Shown: positions 32,885-45,198 of the stretch, one piece after another
Position numbering within the stretch: the first letter of the stretch is position 1
Layout of the letters: each line of letters begins with the position of its first letter
Origin: Pseudogymnoascus verrucosus
Lineage: Eukaryota
Length of the DNA: 64,000 bases
Strand: one strand, 5' to 3'
NCBI GenBank assembly: GCA_001662655.1
Contig: KV460209.1
Made by a program: the position numbers and the translations under genes
Notes under the pieces: model-generated
What the model was told of the DNA's origin: nothing
Seen by the model: the letters and a program-made list of their open reading frames with translations, nothing else
The model's database searches: none

Positions 32885-35800
32885 ATGGCGCCCCTCGTCG
32901 ATAATCCGCAGATTGCAGCTGCGACATTACACAACCCGCTGCCCTTATACTTGCACACTTATGTCTGGCCGTTTATGATCATCTGGCCTGTCTTCTTCAG
33001 ATACTATCTCTCCGAGGAGCTGTACGATAAGCACATTGGAGGCCAGGAATGGACCTTTGTGTGGTGCGGCGCAATAATTACGGTTCAGAGTCTGGTTTGG
33101 CTCAGCACCAACTGGAACGTCAACTTGAAGTCATTGTTCACGTCTACTACCGCCAAAACTGTGAAGGAAGCTCAATTGATCAAGGTCCTTCCAGTTGCAA
33201 ATGCCGGAACTTCTGAGATCTGTAAGATCGTCAGAGATAATGTATGCTAACCCGCCCCCCCAAATCATTACTATGGCGCTGACAGTACCAGGCCGGTGGC
33301 AAACCCAACACCTCTTTCCTCTTCCAAAAGCGCCGATTCCTCTATAATGAGCAGGCTAACTCCTTCTCGCCGTTAACCTATGCGATCGATTCCGAGCCAA
33401 AGCCACGCATCGAGACTTTCCACAAATCGAGGGGTATCTCATCATCATCTGAGCTCTCAAGGATCCAGCAGCATTATGGCAACAATACTTTCGATATTCC
33501 GGTCCCTACCTTTTTGGAGCTATTCAAGGAACACTCCGTTGCCCCGTTCTTCGTGTTCCAGATTTTCTGCGTTGGGCTGTGGATGTTGGACGAATATTGG
33601 TACTACTCGCTCTTCACCCTGTTCATGTTGGTCGTCTTCGAGAGCACTGTCGTTTGGCAGCGCCTGAGGACTCTCAATGAGTTCCGTGGAATGAGCATCA
33701 AGCCCTACAACATCTACGCTTTCCGGGAGAACAAATGGGTCGAGACTGAAAGCGACAAGCTTCTACCGGGCGACCTTGTTTCTGTTGGCCGCACGAAGGA
33801 GGACAGCGGTGTTGCTTGCGATATGCTCTTGGTTGAGGGAAGCGCTATTGTCAACGAGGCCATGCTTTCCGGCGAGAGTACTCCTCTCCTAAAAGATTCC
33901 GTACAACTCCGCCCTGGCGATGCCTCCATCGAACCTGAAGGACTTGACAAGAACTCATTCCTGTACGGTGGCACCAAGGTGCTTCAGGTTACCCACGCCT
34001 CTGTCGATGAAGAGCGACCAAAGCTTGCCTCTGGTGTCCCAGCCCCACCTGATAACGGAGCCATGGCTATTGTTGTTAAGACCGGATTTGAGACGTCTCA
34101 GGGAAGCTTGGTCCGCACTATGATCTACTCTACCGAACGTGTGTCTGCCAACAACGCAGAGGCCCTGTTCTTCATTTTGTTCCTTCTTGTCTTCGCAATT
34201 GCCGCATCCTGGTACGTTTGGGATGAGGGTGTGAAGAAGGACCGCAAACGCTCTAAGCTTCTCCTCGACTGTGTCTTGATCGTCACTAGTGTTGTCCCCC
34301 CTGAGCTTCCTATGGAGCTCAGCTTGGCTGTCAACACTTCTCTGGCCGCCTTGAGCAAATATGCTATCTACTGTACTGAGCCTTTCCGCATCCCATTCGC
34401 TGGACGTGTTGATGTTGCCTGTTTCGATAAGACTGGTACTTTGACCGGCGAGGACCTCGTCGTTGAGGGTATTGCTGGGCTTGGACTTGGCGTTAGCGGA
34501 ACCGATACACCACGTGAGAACGATGGTGCTCACAGCCATATCACAAAGGTCTTAGATGCTGGTCTTGAGACCACATTGGTTCTAGCTACAGCCCACGCAT
34601 TGGTCAGACTTGATGAAGGCGACATTGTCGGCGACCCTATGGAGAAAGCTACTTTGACATCCCTTGGATGGAAGCTCGGGAAGAATGACACCCTCAGCAG
34701 CAAGAACGTTGTTGGCATGTCGAAGGGGCCAAATGCCATCGCTGCAAACACTGTCCAGATCAAGCGCCGCTTCCAGTTCTCCTCTACCCTCAAGCGTCAA
34801 AGTTCCGTCGCAACTGTTACTACCGTCGACCCTAAGACATCCAAGAAGACGAGAAGTACTTTCGTTGCTGTCAAGGGTGCCCCGGAAACAATTCAGAAGA
34901 GGCTTGTTCATGTACCAGCTGATTACGAAGAGACTTTTAAGTACTTCACAAGAAAGGGTTCGAGAGTTCTTGCTCTTGCATACAAGCATCTCACCACGGA
35001 TACTGAACTCGGATCTGGAAAGATTAACGAACTGAAGCGTGAGAACGTTGAGGAAGGTCTATCTTTTGCTGGTTTCCTCGTCCTGCACTGCCCACTCAAG
35101 GAAGACGCCAAGGAATCTGTCCGAATGCTCAACGAAAGCAGCCATCGTGTTGTTATGATTACTGGCGACAACCCCCTTACTGCTGTCCACGTTGCAAGAG
35201 AGGTTGAAATTGTGGATCGCGATGTTCTCATTCTGGATGCCCCTGAGCACGATGATTCGGGCGAAAAGCTGGTCTGGCGCAGCGTTGACGATTTGGTCAG
35301 TATTCCGGTTGATCCTACCAAGCCTTTGGACAAGGAGATCCTTGCTTCCAAGGATCTTTGCGTTACTGGTTATGCTCTCGCAAAATTCAAGGACCAACCC
35401 GCACTTCTCTCTCTGATTAGACACACTTGGGTTTATGCTCGCGTGTCCCCAAAGCAGAAGGAAGAAATTCTCATGGGCTTGAAAGAACTCGGTTACTACA
35501 CTCTTATGGCTGGCGATGGTACCAACGATGTTGGTGCACTGAAGCAGGCTCACATTGGAGTCGCGCTTCTTAACGGAACCAAGGACGACCTGACCAAGAT
35601 CAGCGAACACATGAGAAACACCAGAATGAAGGATGTATACGAAAAGCAGGTCGGTGTCATGAAGCGCTTCAACCAGCCAACTCCACCAGTTCCAATCTTG
35701 ATTGCCCACCTCTATCCGCCAGGACCATCCAACCCACAATATGAGAAGGCTATGATTCGTGAAGCAGAGAAGAAGGGTATTACCATCCCAACTGAAGCCG

Positions 35801-36938
35801 GCAAAGAAAATGGAGTCGAAACTGTTACATCCCCTGCCGCTCAAGCCCTTATCGATGGTGCCTCTCACAAGCGTCAAGAACAAATGAACAAGGCTGCTTC
35901 CCTCGCCGACCAACTAACTGCGTCTATGATGGAGTCTGAGCTCGATGACGAGCCTCCGACTATTAAGCTTGGTGATGCCTCTGTCGCCGCTCCATTTACC
36001 AGCAAGCTCGGCAATGTTATCGCTATCCCGAACATCATCAGACAAGGTCGCTGCACTCTCGTTGCTACAATCCAGATGTACAAGATTCTCGCACTTAACT
36101 GTCTCATTAGCGCCTACAGTCTGAGTGTCTTGTACCTTGAGGGCATCAAGTTTGGTGATGGACAGGTTACTATTAGCGGCATGCTCATGAGCGTCTGCTT
36201 CCTTTCCATCTCCAGAGCAAAGTCTGTCGAGGGTCTTTCCAAGGAGCGCCCACAGCCAAATATCTTCAACGTTTACATCATTGGATCTATCCTCGGCCAG
36301 TTTGCCATTCACATTGTCACTCTGATCTATATCGCCCGTCTGTGTGATACCATTGCACCGTAAGTTGCCATTCCTAGCCTAGCGAGACATCTCATACTAA
36401 CTATCCCAGACGTGACCAGGATGTCGACCTCGAGGGCGAATTCGCACCATCTCTGCTTAACAGCGCCGTCTACCTCTTGCAGCTGATCCAGCAAATCTCG
36501 ACCTTCGCAATCAACTACCAAGGTCGTCCATTCCGCGAGAACCTCTCCGAGAACCGGGGCATGTACCTCGGCATCCTCGGTGTATCTGCACTCGCTTTCT
36601 CCTGCTCCACCGAGTTCATCCCAGAGCTCAACGAGCAGATGAAGCTTGTCCCATTCACCTCCGACTTCAAGGTTCGCATGACCGCGACCATGTTGGTCGA
36701 CTACGTCGGCTGCTACGTCATTGAGAAGGGTCTCAAGTGGGGTTTCAGTGACTACAGGCCCAAGGACATCGCCATCAGACGCCCAGAGCAGATCGCCAAG
36801 GAGGAGGCGAGGAAGGCTGTGGAGGCTGTGGAGGCGAAGAAGAAGAAGGCGGAGGATGCTGCGAAGAAGGAGAAGGAGACGATTGAGAAGGCGGAGAAGG
36901 CTATGGCGGATCTGAGGGCTAAATGGAGTAGGCAGTAG
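32885..36938 (+). CDS. SPF1: P5A-type ATPase Spf1/ATP13A1; exons 32885-33241, 33292-36359, 36410-36938
   Basis: PFFVFQIF, LSGES, PPELPMELS, CFDKTGTLT, MITGDN, GDGTNDVGALKQA and YQGRPFRE. Confidence 0.96.
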
Positions 36939-37080
36939 ATCGTGGGGGAGGGGTTGGGTATACATACTGTGAGACGTTGATAGAATGTAATGATAGGCTT
37001 TTTTGATTATCTGTTTACTCTTACAATTATTATTTTGGTGTGTAATATCCAAATACGTTTCTAGAGTCGGGTCAGGGTGT

Positions 37081-37305
37081 TATAGTGACTGTATTCGTGC
37101 ATGTTGATTACAGTTGCTAACGCGAACATGTGTCATTTTTTTTTTGTAGTGGCTGTATTCGTGCAAGGTGATTACAGTTACTCAAACGAACATTACGGCT
37201 ATAGCGACTGTATTCGTGCATGGTGGTTATAGTTACTCACACGAACATTAGCTGCTATAGTGACTGTATTTGTGTAAGGTCATTGCAGTTACTGGCGCGA
37301 ACATT
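37081..37305. repeat. ~56-bp x 4 higher-order tandem repeat built from alternating 28-bp monomers with a TRYAGTNACT core
   Basis: Core starts at 37081, 37109, 37145, 37173, 37200, 37228, 37256 and 37284 (steps of 28, 36 including a T10 run, 28, 27, 28, 28, 28). Confidence 0.92.
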
Positions 37306-37534
37306 GGATATCACAGAGCCCCTGAGCCTCACTTACAGACATGTGCACCCAAACTTTAAATCGGCACGACAAAAAAGGAACATCCCGCCCAAGTTATCAG
37401 CGAGGGCAATTTTAATTTATCTAAAGTAAATAAGGACTTTGAGAACAAGCCACTAACGGCGTAATACATCGTCGAAAATAACATCCCATCCGATTATCCG
37501 AATCCAGCCCCCAACACATACCCCATCTTTCCAC

Positions 37535-40108
37535 CTAAGCACTAACAACCGACTCTCCTCCAGGGTATGTCGCCTCATACTCCAAGATCAACTTGCACCC
37601 TCTCCCAGGGTTAATCTTGACATTAAAGTTGATCTCCCCGCCCTTCTTCGCCGTCGCAACCGCAGATCCCCACTTACTATCCTTCCCATAAACACCCGCC
37701 CTCACCGCGCCCAATGCGCTCTTCCCCGCCGCCAGCGAACCAATACTCTCCCTCGGTTTATCCCCATCCTTCGGCGCCCCAGCCAACACCGCATCGCCGC
37801 CAATCCGCAACCCCCTCGGCGTCATGATCTCGATCTTCAGACGCTCTTCCTCGCTAATAGGCACCTGCTCTAGAAGCGTGAGTTCCACGATGGTGTTGCT
37901 CTTGGTATTAGTGAGCGTGGCGACGCGGGTGAAAACCTCGCAGTTCTCCTTTGTAAAGAGACCGCTCGAGGAGCGCTGGACGGAAGGACGAGAGTATCCC
38001 ACTGTGACGGCGGGGTCGACGCCGAGGTTGAGCGTGAAGGAGTCGCCGGCGGTGCAGCGTGGGATTGTTGACTGGCCCAAGAAGGACCCGTCGACGGTCA
38101 GACCGGCGCTGCCCTTCAGGAGGGTGATCTTCGAGGTGTTACGCAGCTTGGCTTTGAGGAACGCATCAGCGCGCAACTTGGGCACTACAATGTGGCTGAA
38201 TACCACGGCCTTGAACTCCACGCGGGCGATCTTATGCTTAGTTGCTGTGCTGACGGGCGAGAGGGTCTTCAAGCTCGGGAGGTCGTAGGTGGTTGTTAGG
38301 CCTGACTCCTCGAAGCTGCTCTCCTCGAACAAGAGGGCAGGTTCGATAATTCCCCCAAGAGTCGCGCCATCAGCATCATCGGCATAATAACCGCCCTCCT
38401 CCTCATCTTCGTTCTCGTACTCTTCCGCGCCTCCTCCTCCATGTGCCTGCCCCCCGAAGCCTCTGCGCGACACCTGCTTTTTCTTGGACGACGAGCTGAA
38501 TAATCCTGATGGAGCAGCTCCTGGTGGCGGTGGTGGCATGCTACCAAAACCTCTAGTCGTTGGAGCTGCCAGCGAGGCCATAGCCATTGGGGCGGGGTGT
38601 TGTGGAGGTGCAGAACTTCTCAACCTCCGTGCCTCTGAAGCCTGTATATATAATAGTTGATTAGCATGCGCCCTTTTCTGTATCTGACTATGAGGGGGAC
38701 GAAATCGGATATCCTGACGAAACATAACACGGTTTTCTTGAAGGGGGCTTACAGCTTCATAGTGGACGTCTTGCGGCGGTCTGAAAGCATGTTTTGCAAG
38801 AGGCACAACATCGCGGTCGATTCCAAACAGCTCATTTCGGGGTTGGTAGACCTGTGGTGGGAGCTCTTTGCGGGTTTGGTGGGCTTGGTTTATCTCGTCG
38901 CTTGATTGGAGAGCGGCGTTATAGCCATGGTACCCATCGCCCCTGACGAGACGAATGTGCCATGGCTGTAGCGTAGGGATGGTATCCGACAGCCCTTGGT
39001 AAGAGGATTGCGAGGTCGAGAGAACGACCTTGGCATCACGCCAGGTCTCAGATGTCACATTGGTGAGCTCAGCAGAATAGTCGAGCGTTCCCGTATTGGT
39101 GACTGTATTGAGACTCAGATCGTATCGTGGGGTCCATGACGCAGAATATGTGATATAGGAAAGTAAAAGATTGATCTCTGCCGTATCAAATGAATCATCG
39201 GATTTAGTGACTTCCGGAACTTTGACCGTGCTATCGATGGAGCTGCGTCTTGATGAAGCCGGCGTAAATCCAGAAGGCGCTTCGAGGCTGATTGTAATTT
39301 TGAATACCTTCTTTGGCCAAAATTTGACTCGCTCTTTGCGGATCCTGGCTTTCTCTTCTGCCTTTTCACGCCTCTTGCGCTCTTCCTTCTCTCTCGCCTT
39401 AGCCTTCTCCTTTTCTGCCTTCGCCTTCGCCTTTCGCGACTCTCGAGTGAGCCGATGCTGCTCTTTGGCCAATTCACCAAGTCTCGTCCCGATTTCCTGA
39501 ATTCTCTTATCCGCAGTAGTCTTCTCCGCAAAAATCTTTGCTCGCTCATCACGATAACCATCAGTTACCTCGCTCAGATTGATTGCGTTCTTGGCGCAAG
39601 CTTGGTTTGTGAGATACAAATCAACCATGGTCAACCGCCTGGAGACGTTATTTTGGATTTCATATTGCTGCTCGGCTTCATTCTCAAGCTTTGCCGTTTC
39701 GTCAGCAACCTCCTTCAGCCGACCAGTCACCTTCTCCGCCTCAGCATCGGACTCCTCCTCTGACGTCTCATTGTCAGACTCATCTTCGTCGGGGTAGATA
39801 TCAGCGTAGACTTCCGGGTTTGGCACCAGCTCAACGGTGAGATCAGTGATGGTAGCCGCTCCAGTTCCATCAACCTTGATGGAATGCTCATCACAGGTAG
39901 GAGTCAACCCGATGATGGTAACTTGGTTTGGGCCAGGCTATTGTCATGTGTCAGTTATAATTCTACGTGATAGCTAGGAGAATAAACTTACCTTCAACGA
40001 GACGCCATTAACATTGCGGACGATTTGAGCTTTGGTAGGATACAACGTGACGCTTTTCGTGCCTAGCTTTCTTATAGAAAACTCTTGTTTTGGGATCTGA
40101 GCCTCCAT
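37535..40108 (-). CDS. DUF4140/DUF4139 (MuiA-like) protein; exons 40108-39992, 39937-37535
   Basis: SVTLYPTKAQIVR, coiled coil, SYITYSASWTPRYDL, ETWRDAKVVLST, LLKGSAGLTVDGSFLG, LGVDPAV and EQVPISEEERL. An additional intron near 38640-38730 is possible. Confidence 0.85.
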
Positions 40109-40312
40109 CGTGAAATGTGAAGATACTGGTTAGAGGCGGATATGAGACAATGATCAGTGCGAAATTGTTTGATAACTAGTGGGATTGTTGACAAGGCAAA
40201 GAGGGCAAATATTGTTTTAAATGTCAAATATCAAGAGGAAGAGAAGTACGAAGAGAAGGAAAGACGAATACTTATATGTCTTGGACAAAGAGCGATGACC
40301 CATCTTGGAAAG

Positions 40313-40995
40313 TTAAGCATGTTGGTGCCTGGCTAGGTACGGGGCTTTGAAAGCGGGGATGTGGCGGTGGCTGTGGGTCGCCATCGGGAAAGACCAAGCT
40401 GCATAACTGGAAATCAACGTAACACGCCAATGCAACACATCATCGCTGGGAGAAGCTGAGAAACAACAGCTATGCGCCCTGATATACAACAGCGCTGCAT
40501 AATTGTCGCTTATGCAGGGATTTCGGAGATCCGTTTTGTAGACCTCTGCCCATGGCGCAAAGGGTTCTGGATCATAGCTCTTGAAGCCAGATACCATTGC
40601 CACCATCAGTCTCGGGTCCTTTTCCTTGAACGGTTTCGGTAGCTCGTTTGATGGGTTTGTAAGACTAATGAGAAGGGATCGATCAGGAGGGATCGATCTA
40701 GCTCAACTCTGTCCTAGGTCTACTTAGAAAACTTCCCTCTAAAAACGTCCCTGATCCACAGCTTGAACACATCATATTTCACGAGTTCCTCCAGGTGATA
40801 CTCGGCGCTGATGTTATAGTTCGTGTTGCCCTTGAGGATCTGAATGTTATATTTCACGTAACTGCCTTGGTAGATGAATTGGTGTCCGATCTCCGTTGAG
40901 CCATCAATCTCGCGTGGTTTCGCGGTCCCAGCGACAAACCAGACATTAGCCCGCTTGAAATTGCCAACTTCTTCATTAGTCTCCGGCATATCCAT
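40313..40995 (-). CDS. Possible two-exon orphan gene or gene relic
   Basis: ORFs 40995-40720 and 40606-40313 join in frame if 40723-40665 (GTAGAC..CTGAT..TAG) is an intron. The donor site is weak and no family was recognised. Confidence 0.3.
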
Positions 40996-41052
40996 TTGAG
41001 TACCTAGCCGTCAAGTAGATTATTAGACAGATAGCTATCTATATGCTTGCTA

Positions 41053-41913
41053 TTACCACCACCGCCTCTTAATTATGCCCAATTGGTAAGCAGTTACGAG
41101 TTGCGTGTCTTCCTTCAACCCCCATGAACGCTCTAACTGAGGCAGCATATTGTCCGGCTTCATCTCGTCCTCCCACACCAGCTCCCTCTTACACCTCCCC
41201 CAATCGCTCTCTTCTCGATTCTGAAGCAGCATGTGATACCACAGGCTGTACGCTTCTGGTTGATTCTCGAAACCATCATCGACCCCGACCACATACTTCA
41301 GCCTCAGCATCTCCAGCGCCCCTTCGCGCACCAGCCACTCCAACTGATTAAGCATCAGTATGATTTGCCAACCATGGAAACGTTTCACGTCCCACACATT
41401 CCCGATTACCATCTCGACGCGCTGGATCCCCTGGCGAGCCGGACCAAGATACGCCAGCACTTCGCACCCAACCGCGTAGTCAGGGAGGACGAGCGTGTTA
41501 GCAGCCCAGAATCTGCCGGCGGTTTCAGCATGGAGCTGGCGGTTGACGAGAGGGAGGGAGTGGGCGAGTGGGAGGAGTGTTGGGGAGAGGAGCTCCGAGG
41601 TGGTAGGGGCGCAGGGAACGAGGTGCAGAGTCCTGGTGACAGCAACGCGGAGGGCGGCGGCGTAGGCGGGGACGTCGTAGGTGGTGGCGGTGTAGTAGGG
41701 GTCCTCTGTTGACCGAGGAAGGGGAAGGGGCCGTATGGCAGTCCAGACGAAGGGCGATGGCGGGTTAGCGGCGGGGAAGGTGCGGTAGTAGACGGGGAGG
41801 ACGCGTGAGGTGGGGGAGACGAGGCATAGCTCCCAGATGAGATCTCGGATTTCGCGGGGGAGGGTAAGTAGGGTGGGTGGTGTTTTGGCGTCCGTCGGGG
41901 TCGTGGATGCCAT
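41053..41913 (-). CDS. Hypothetical protein with N-terminal F-box-like motif
   Basis: LLTLPREIRDLIWELCL followed by LPLVNRQLHAETAGRFWAANT, a pattern common in expanded Pezizomycotina families. Confidence 0.7.
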   Translation of the reverse strand: MASTTPTDAKTPPTLLTLPREIRDLIWELCLVSPTSRVLPVYYRTFPAANPPSPFVWTAIRPLPLPRSTEDPYYTATTYDVPAYAAALRVAVTRTLHLVPCAPTTSELLSPTLLPLAHSLPLVNRQLHAETAGRFWAANTLVLPDYAVGCEVLAYLGPARQGIQRVEMVIGNVWDVKRFHGWQIILMLNQLEWLVREGALEMLRLKYVVGVDDGFENQPEAYSLWYHMLLQNREESDWGRCKRELVWEDEMKPDNMLPQLERSWGLKEDTQLVTAYQLGIIKRRWW

Positions 41914-43199
41914 GATCTTGTTCGATCAGATATTGGGCAGGCAGGCGACTGAAAGTATCACATATCTATTACATGTAAGTCCTGCACCGAACCTGTGATC
42001 TGTCGATATAATTCTATACACACATGATAAATCGTGTTGTATGTAGGATCCTCCTAATCTGGCGTTGAATTAAAGTCCGCCGTGCTTCACACTTCCTGCT
42101 TCATAAAATATCGATGCAGCTGGCCTAATCAAGTCTTTGTGATCGGTTGATATGGAAGATCGAAATGACACTGTAGTATATTTCTCTCCTAGCCAGAGTA
42201 AGTAGGCAAATCCAACGATGGTAAATAAACAGTAATGGACGGTTTGGTGGACATCACGAGAGAACCTATGAGACTCAGCCTCGTACATTGCACTTCTCGA
42301 GAAGCTTAGCTCTACTCATGCCGCTTCAAAACCAGGCTGAGGCTGTGAGCAAACCCGAAAGGGCGGTGGCTGCACCCTAAAGCACTCCAAAGTAACACAG
42401 TATGCCTTGTAGACTTTCATCATATAGGTTGAAGGCGACCAGCGTATTCACAGCTTAGAAGTGCAAAAGGAAGCTCGATCTAGATTGTGATATCGTGTAC
42501 AAATATCACTAACGGACGAGATCCATGTCTAATACTTATTGTTGTTCATATTCGTGGTACGGCAGTTAAAGCCCTACCAAAGTCATACCAACATACCTAT
42601 GTAGGTACTTTGTGTTAACTAAAGGGGATATAACCAAGGTCCCGTACGGTCCGTTTAGCATTCATTTATGAGATACATATAATTTTCCTTTTCCTTTCAA
42701 AAGACACAAAATCATCCTCCTCAGTGACGATATGCGACGCTATCCAGAGCTGCCCGCAGATCCCTATACGCATGGAGAGTAGCTGGTGGCGGGTTGTTGA
42801 ACTATGTGGGTTCGTCCATCATGTCTCTGCCCCTCACGCACAGCCTCACTCGTATGGCGCCACAAATTTCTCCGCACATTTCTCCGCACGTAAACAATAC
42901 ATTTTTCAAAAAGGAGGGTTATCACGAAATGGGTTGCTTTTAATGATGGAAAAATGCAAAAGGCTGCCTGCCCTACTACGCCATGCTTATCATATTTTAG
43001 TGGTATTACGTCTTAGTAGTTTCATCACAAGTGTAGTTCCGTGTTATCATGCACTATTAAGACTGGAATGGGGAAGACGTGTTCAAGCTTTTAATGCAGT
43101 CTCCTGAATTTATGTTGCTCAGGATATACATAGAAAAATTTGTTGTTGTACAAAGTGTCAGCGCCATCTCCCATCATTATACCCCCTGCCTTCTCTCCT

Positions 43200-44636
43200 C
43201 TACAACAGGAGCTCAAGAGGGTTCTCGACAACCTTCTTGAACTCACGGATCCACTCGCCGCCAACAGCACCATCCACAACCCTGTGGTCGAAGCTGCCGG
43301 TAACAACGATCTGGTCGTCCCATTCAATAGACGATCCCTCCTCGGTCTCAACTGGGATGGCAACCTTCTTGGTAGTGCCAACAGCCAAAATGCCAGCCTG
43401 GGGTGGGTTGATGATGGCAGTGAAGCGGTCGATGGCAGAGTTCATGCCCATGTTGCTGATGGTGAAGGTTCCGCCCTGGTACTCCTCTGGCTTCAGCTTG
43501 CCGTCTCTGGCGCGCTTGCCGAGATCCTTAACGGCGGCAGAGATGCTGGCGAGGCCAAGTCCCTCAGCGTTCTTGACGATAGGGGTCATAAGACCGACTG
43601 GGGTGGAGACAGCGACGCTGATGTCAACGTTGTTGAACTGGCGGATGTAACCGTCTCTCCAGCTGGAGTTGACAGCTGGCACCTTCTTGCAAGCAACAGC
43701 GCAGGCCTTGATCAGGAGATCGTTGACGGAGAGCTTGTACTGTCCATCAGCAGTGGAGTTGAGGGACTGGCGGAGCTTAAGGAGCTTGGTAACCGAAACC
43801 GACGAGGCAACGAAGAAGTGTGGGCTCTGGTTCCACGACTCCTGGAGGCGGCTTCCAATGACCTTGCGCATGGAGGTGGTCTCGATGTCCGTGTAAGAGG
43901 CAGCAGCAGGCGCGGCAGCGGCGCTAGTGGCAGCACCCGAAGAGGCCTTCTTAACATCCTCCTCCGTAATGCGTCCGCCGGAACCGGTGCCCTTGACGGA
44001 GCTGATCTTGACGCCGTTGGACTTAGCCAGACGCTGAGCAGCGGGGCTGGCATTGGGCTCACGGTCCAGGGCGGACTGGAGCTTGCCTCCGCTGGATGCA
44101 GACTCCTCAGCAGCGGGTGTTGGGGCTGGCTTGGGTGCCGCTGGGGTCGACTCCTTCGACTCGGAAGCTTGCTCCTTTGGTGCCTCAGCGGCAGCTTGTC
44201 CACCAGCATCCTCAATTGTGAAATCCGCGAACGCCGATGCGTCCTCCCCCTCTTCGATCATGACCGCAATTGGCTGTATCGGATCAGCGGACAGCTCCAA
44301 GTATTATGTGTATGGGAATTGGGGACTTACGTTGCCAACTGCGATGTCCTTCGAGCCAGAATCCTTCAGAATCTTGGCCAAAACACCCTCCTCCTGGAAC
44401 TCAAAGTCCATCTGTGCCTTATCGGTCTCAATCTCCACCAAGACATCACCAGGTACGATTGCATCACCGGCCTTTTTCTGCCACTGGCCAATGTTACCGG
44501 AAGTCATCGTCGGCGACAGCGCTGGCATAGAGACGATCGAGTGTGGAGGGTATGACTTCGCAGCGTAACATCTTGCGAATTGAAAAGGGAGGTTTGTGGA
44601 CTGAAGCGCCCGTCGCCTGAGTACTGCTGTGAACAT
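43200..44636 (-). CDS. LAT1: Pyruvate dehydrogenase E2, dihydrolipoamide acetyltransferase; exons 44636-44331, 44273-43200
   Basis: Arg-rich mitochondrial presequence, [13 protein letters not shown] lipoyl lysine, [18 protein letters not shown] and FDHRVVDGA. Confidence 0.97.
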
Positions 44637-45198
44637 TGTGACGGATGGAGCGCTCGCTGCTCGCGAATGTGAATTAAATGACACTAAGAGGAAGAGGAGA
44701 CCTCAATTGATGAATTTGAGGGGTGAGGAGAAAGAAGAGCGAGCCTTGTGGATGAAGTCGTGTGGCTCTGACGGGACTTAGAGACCGCTCGAATTCAAAA
44801 TGTCGCGGATATGTTGGGTTGAACTCCGAAGCTTGAGGATTTTCCGTAATCTCGCTCTAGTCGCATACGGTATAGCTCATTCAACACTCGATGGAGGATA
44901 TTGATTGGCTGTGACGGGTTAATAATCGACCGAGAATCCGACCGGCGGAGCGCGGGAGGATCCATGGAGGACAAGGCGATTAGGCGTGTTCAAGGTACCC
45001 AGGTATAGACGAGAATAGCTGTGAAGGCACCCTAAGGACTGCGACCTGTCCTTGCCAATAATTATTTCCAGTCTCTCACGTTCAACTTATTCCGTGATAC
45101 CGCGGCCATCGCGATTTAATTATATTTTATAAGGGCGACAAGGTCCTACTTCTCTTTAACGATACCCCCAGGAACGAGCTCACGATTGGAATGGCTTA

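Noticed and set aside
43140..44555. 471-aa antisense ORF over LAT1 (and similar antisense ORFs over Egt2, AAT2 and SPF1)
   Set aside because: Explained by strong codon bias of the sense gene; no recognisable motifs.
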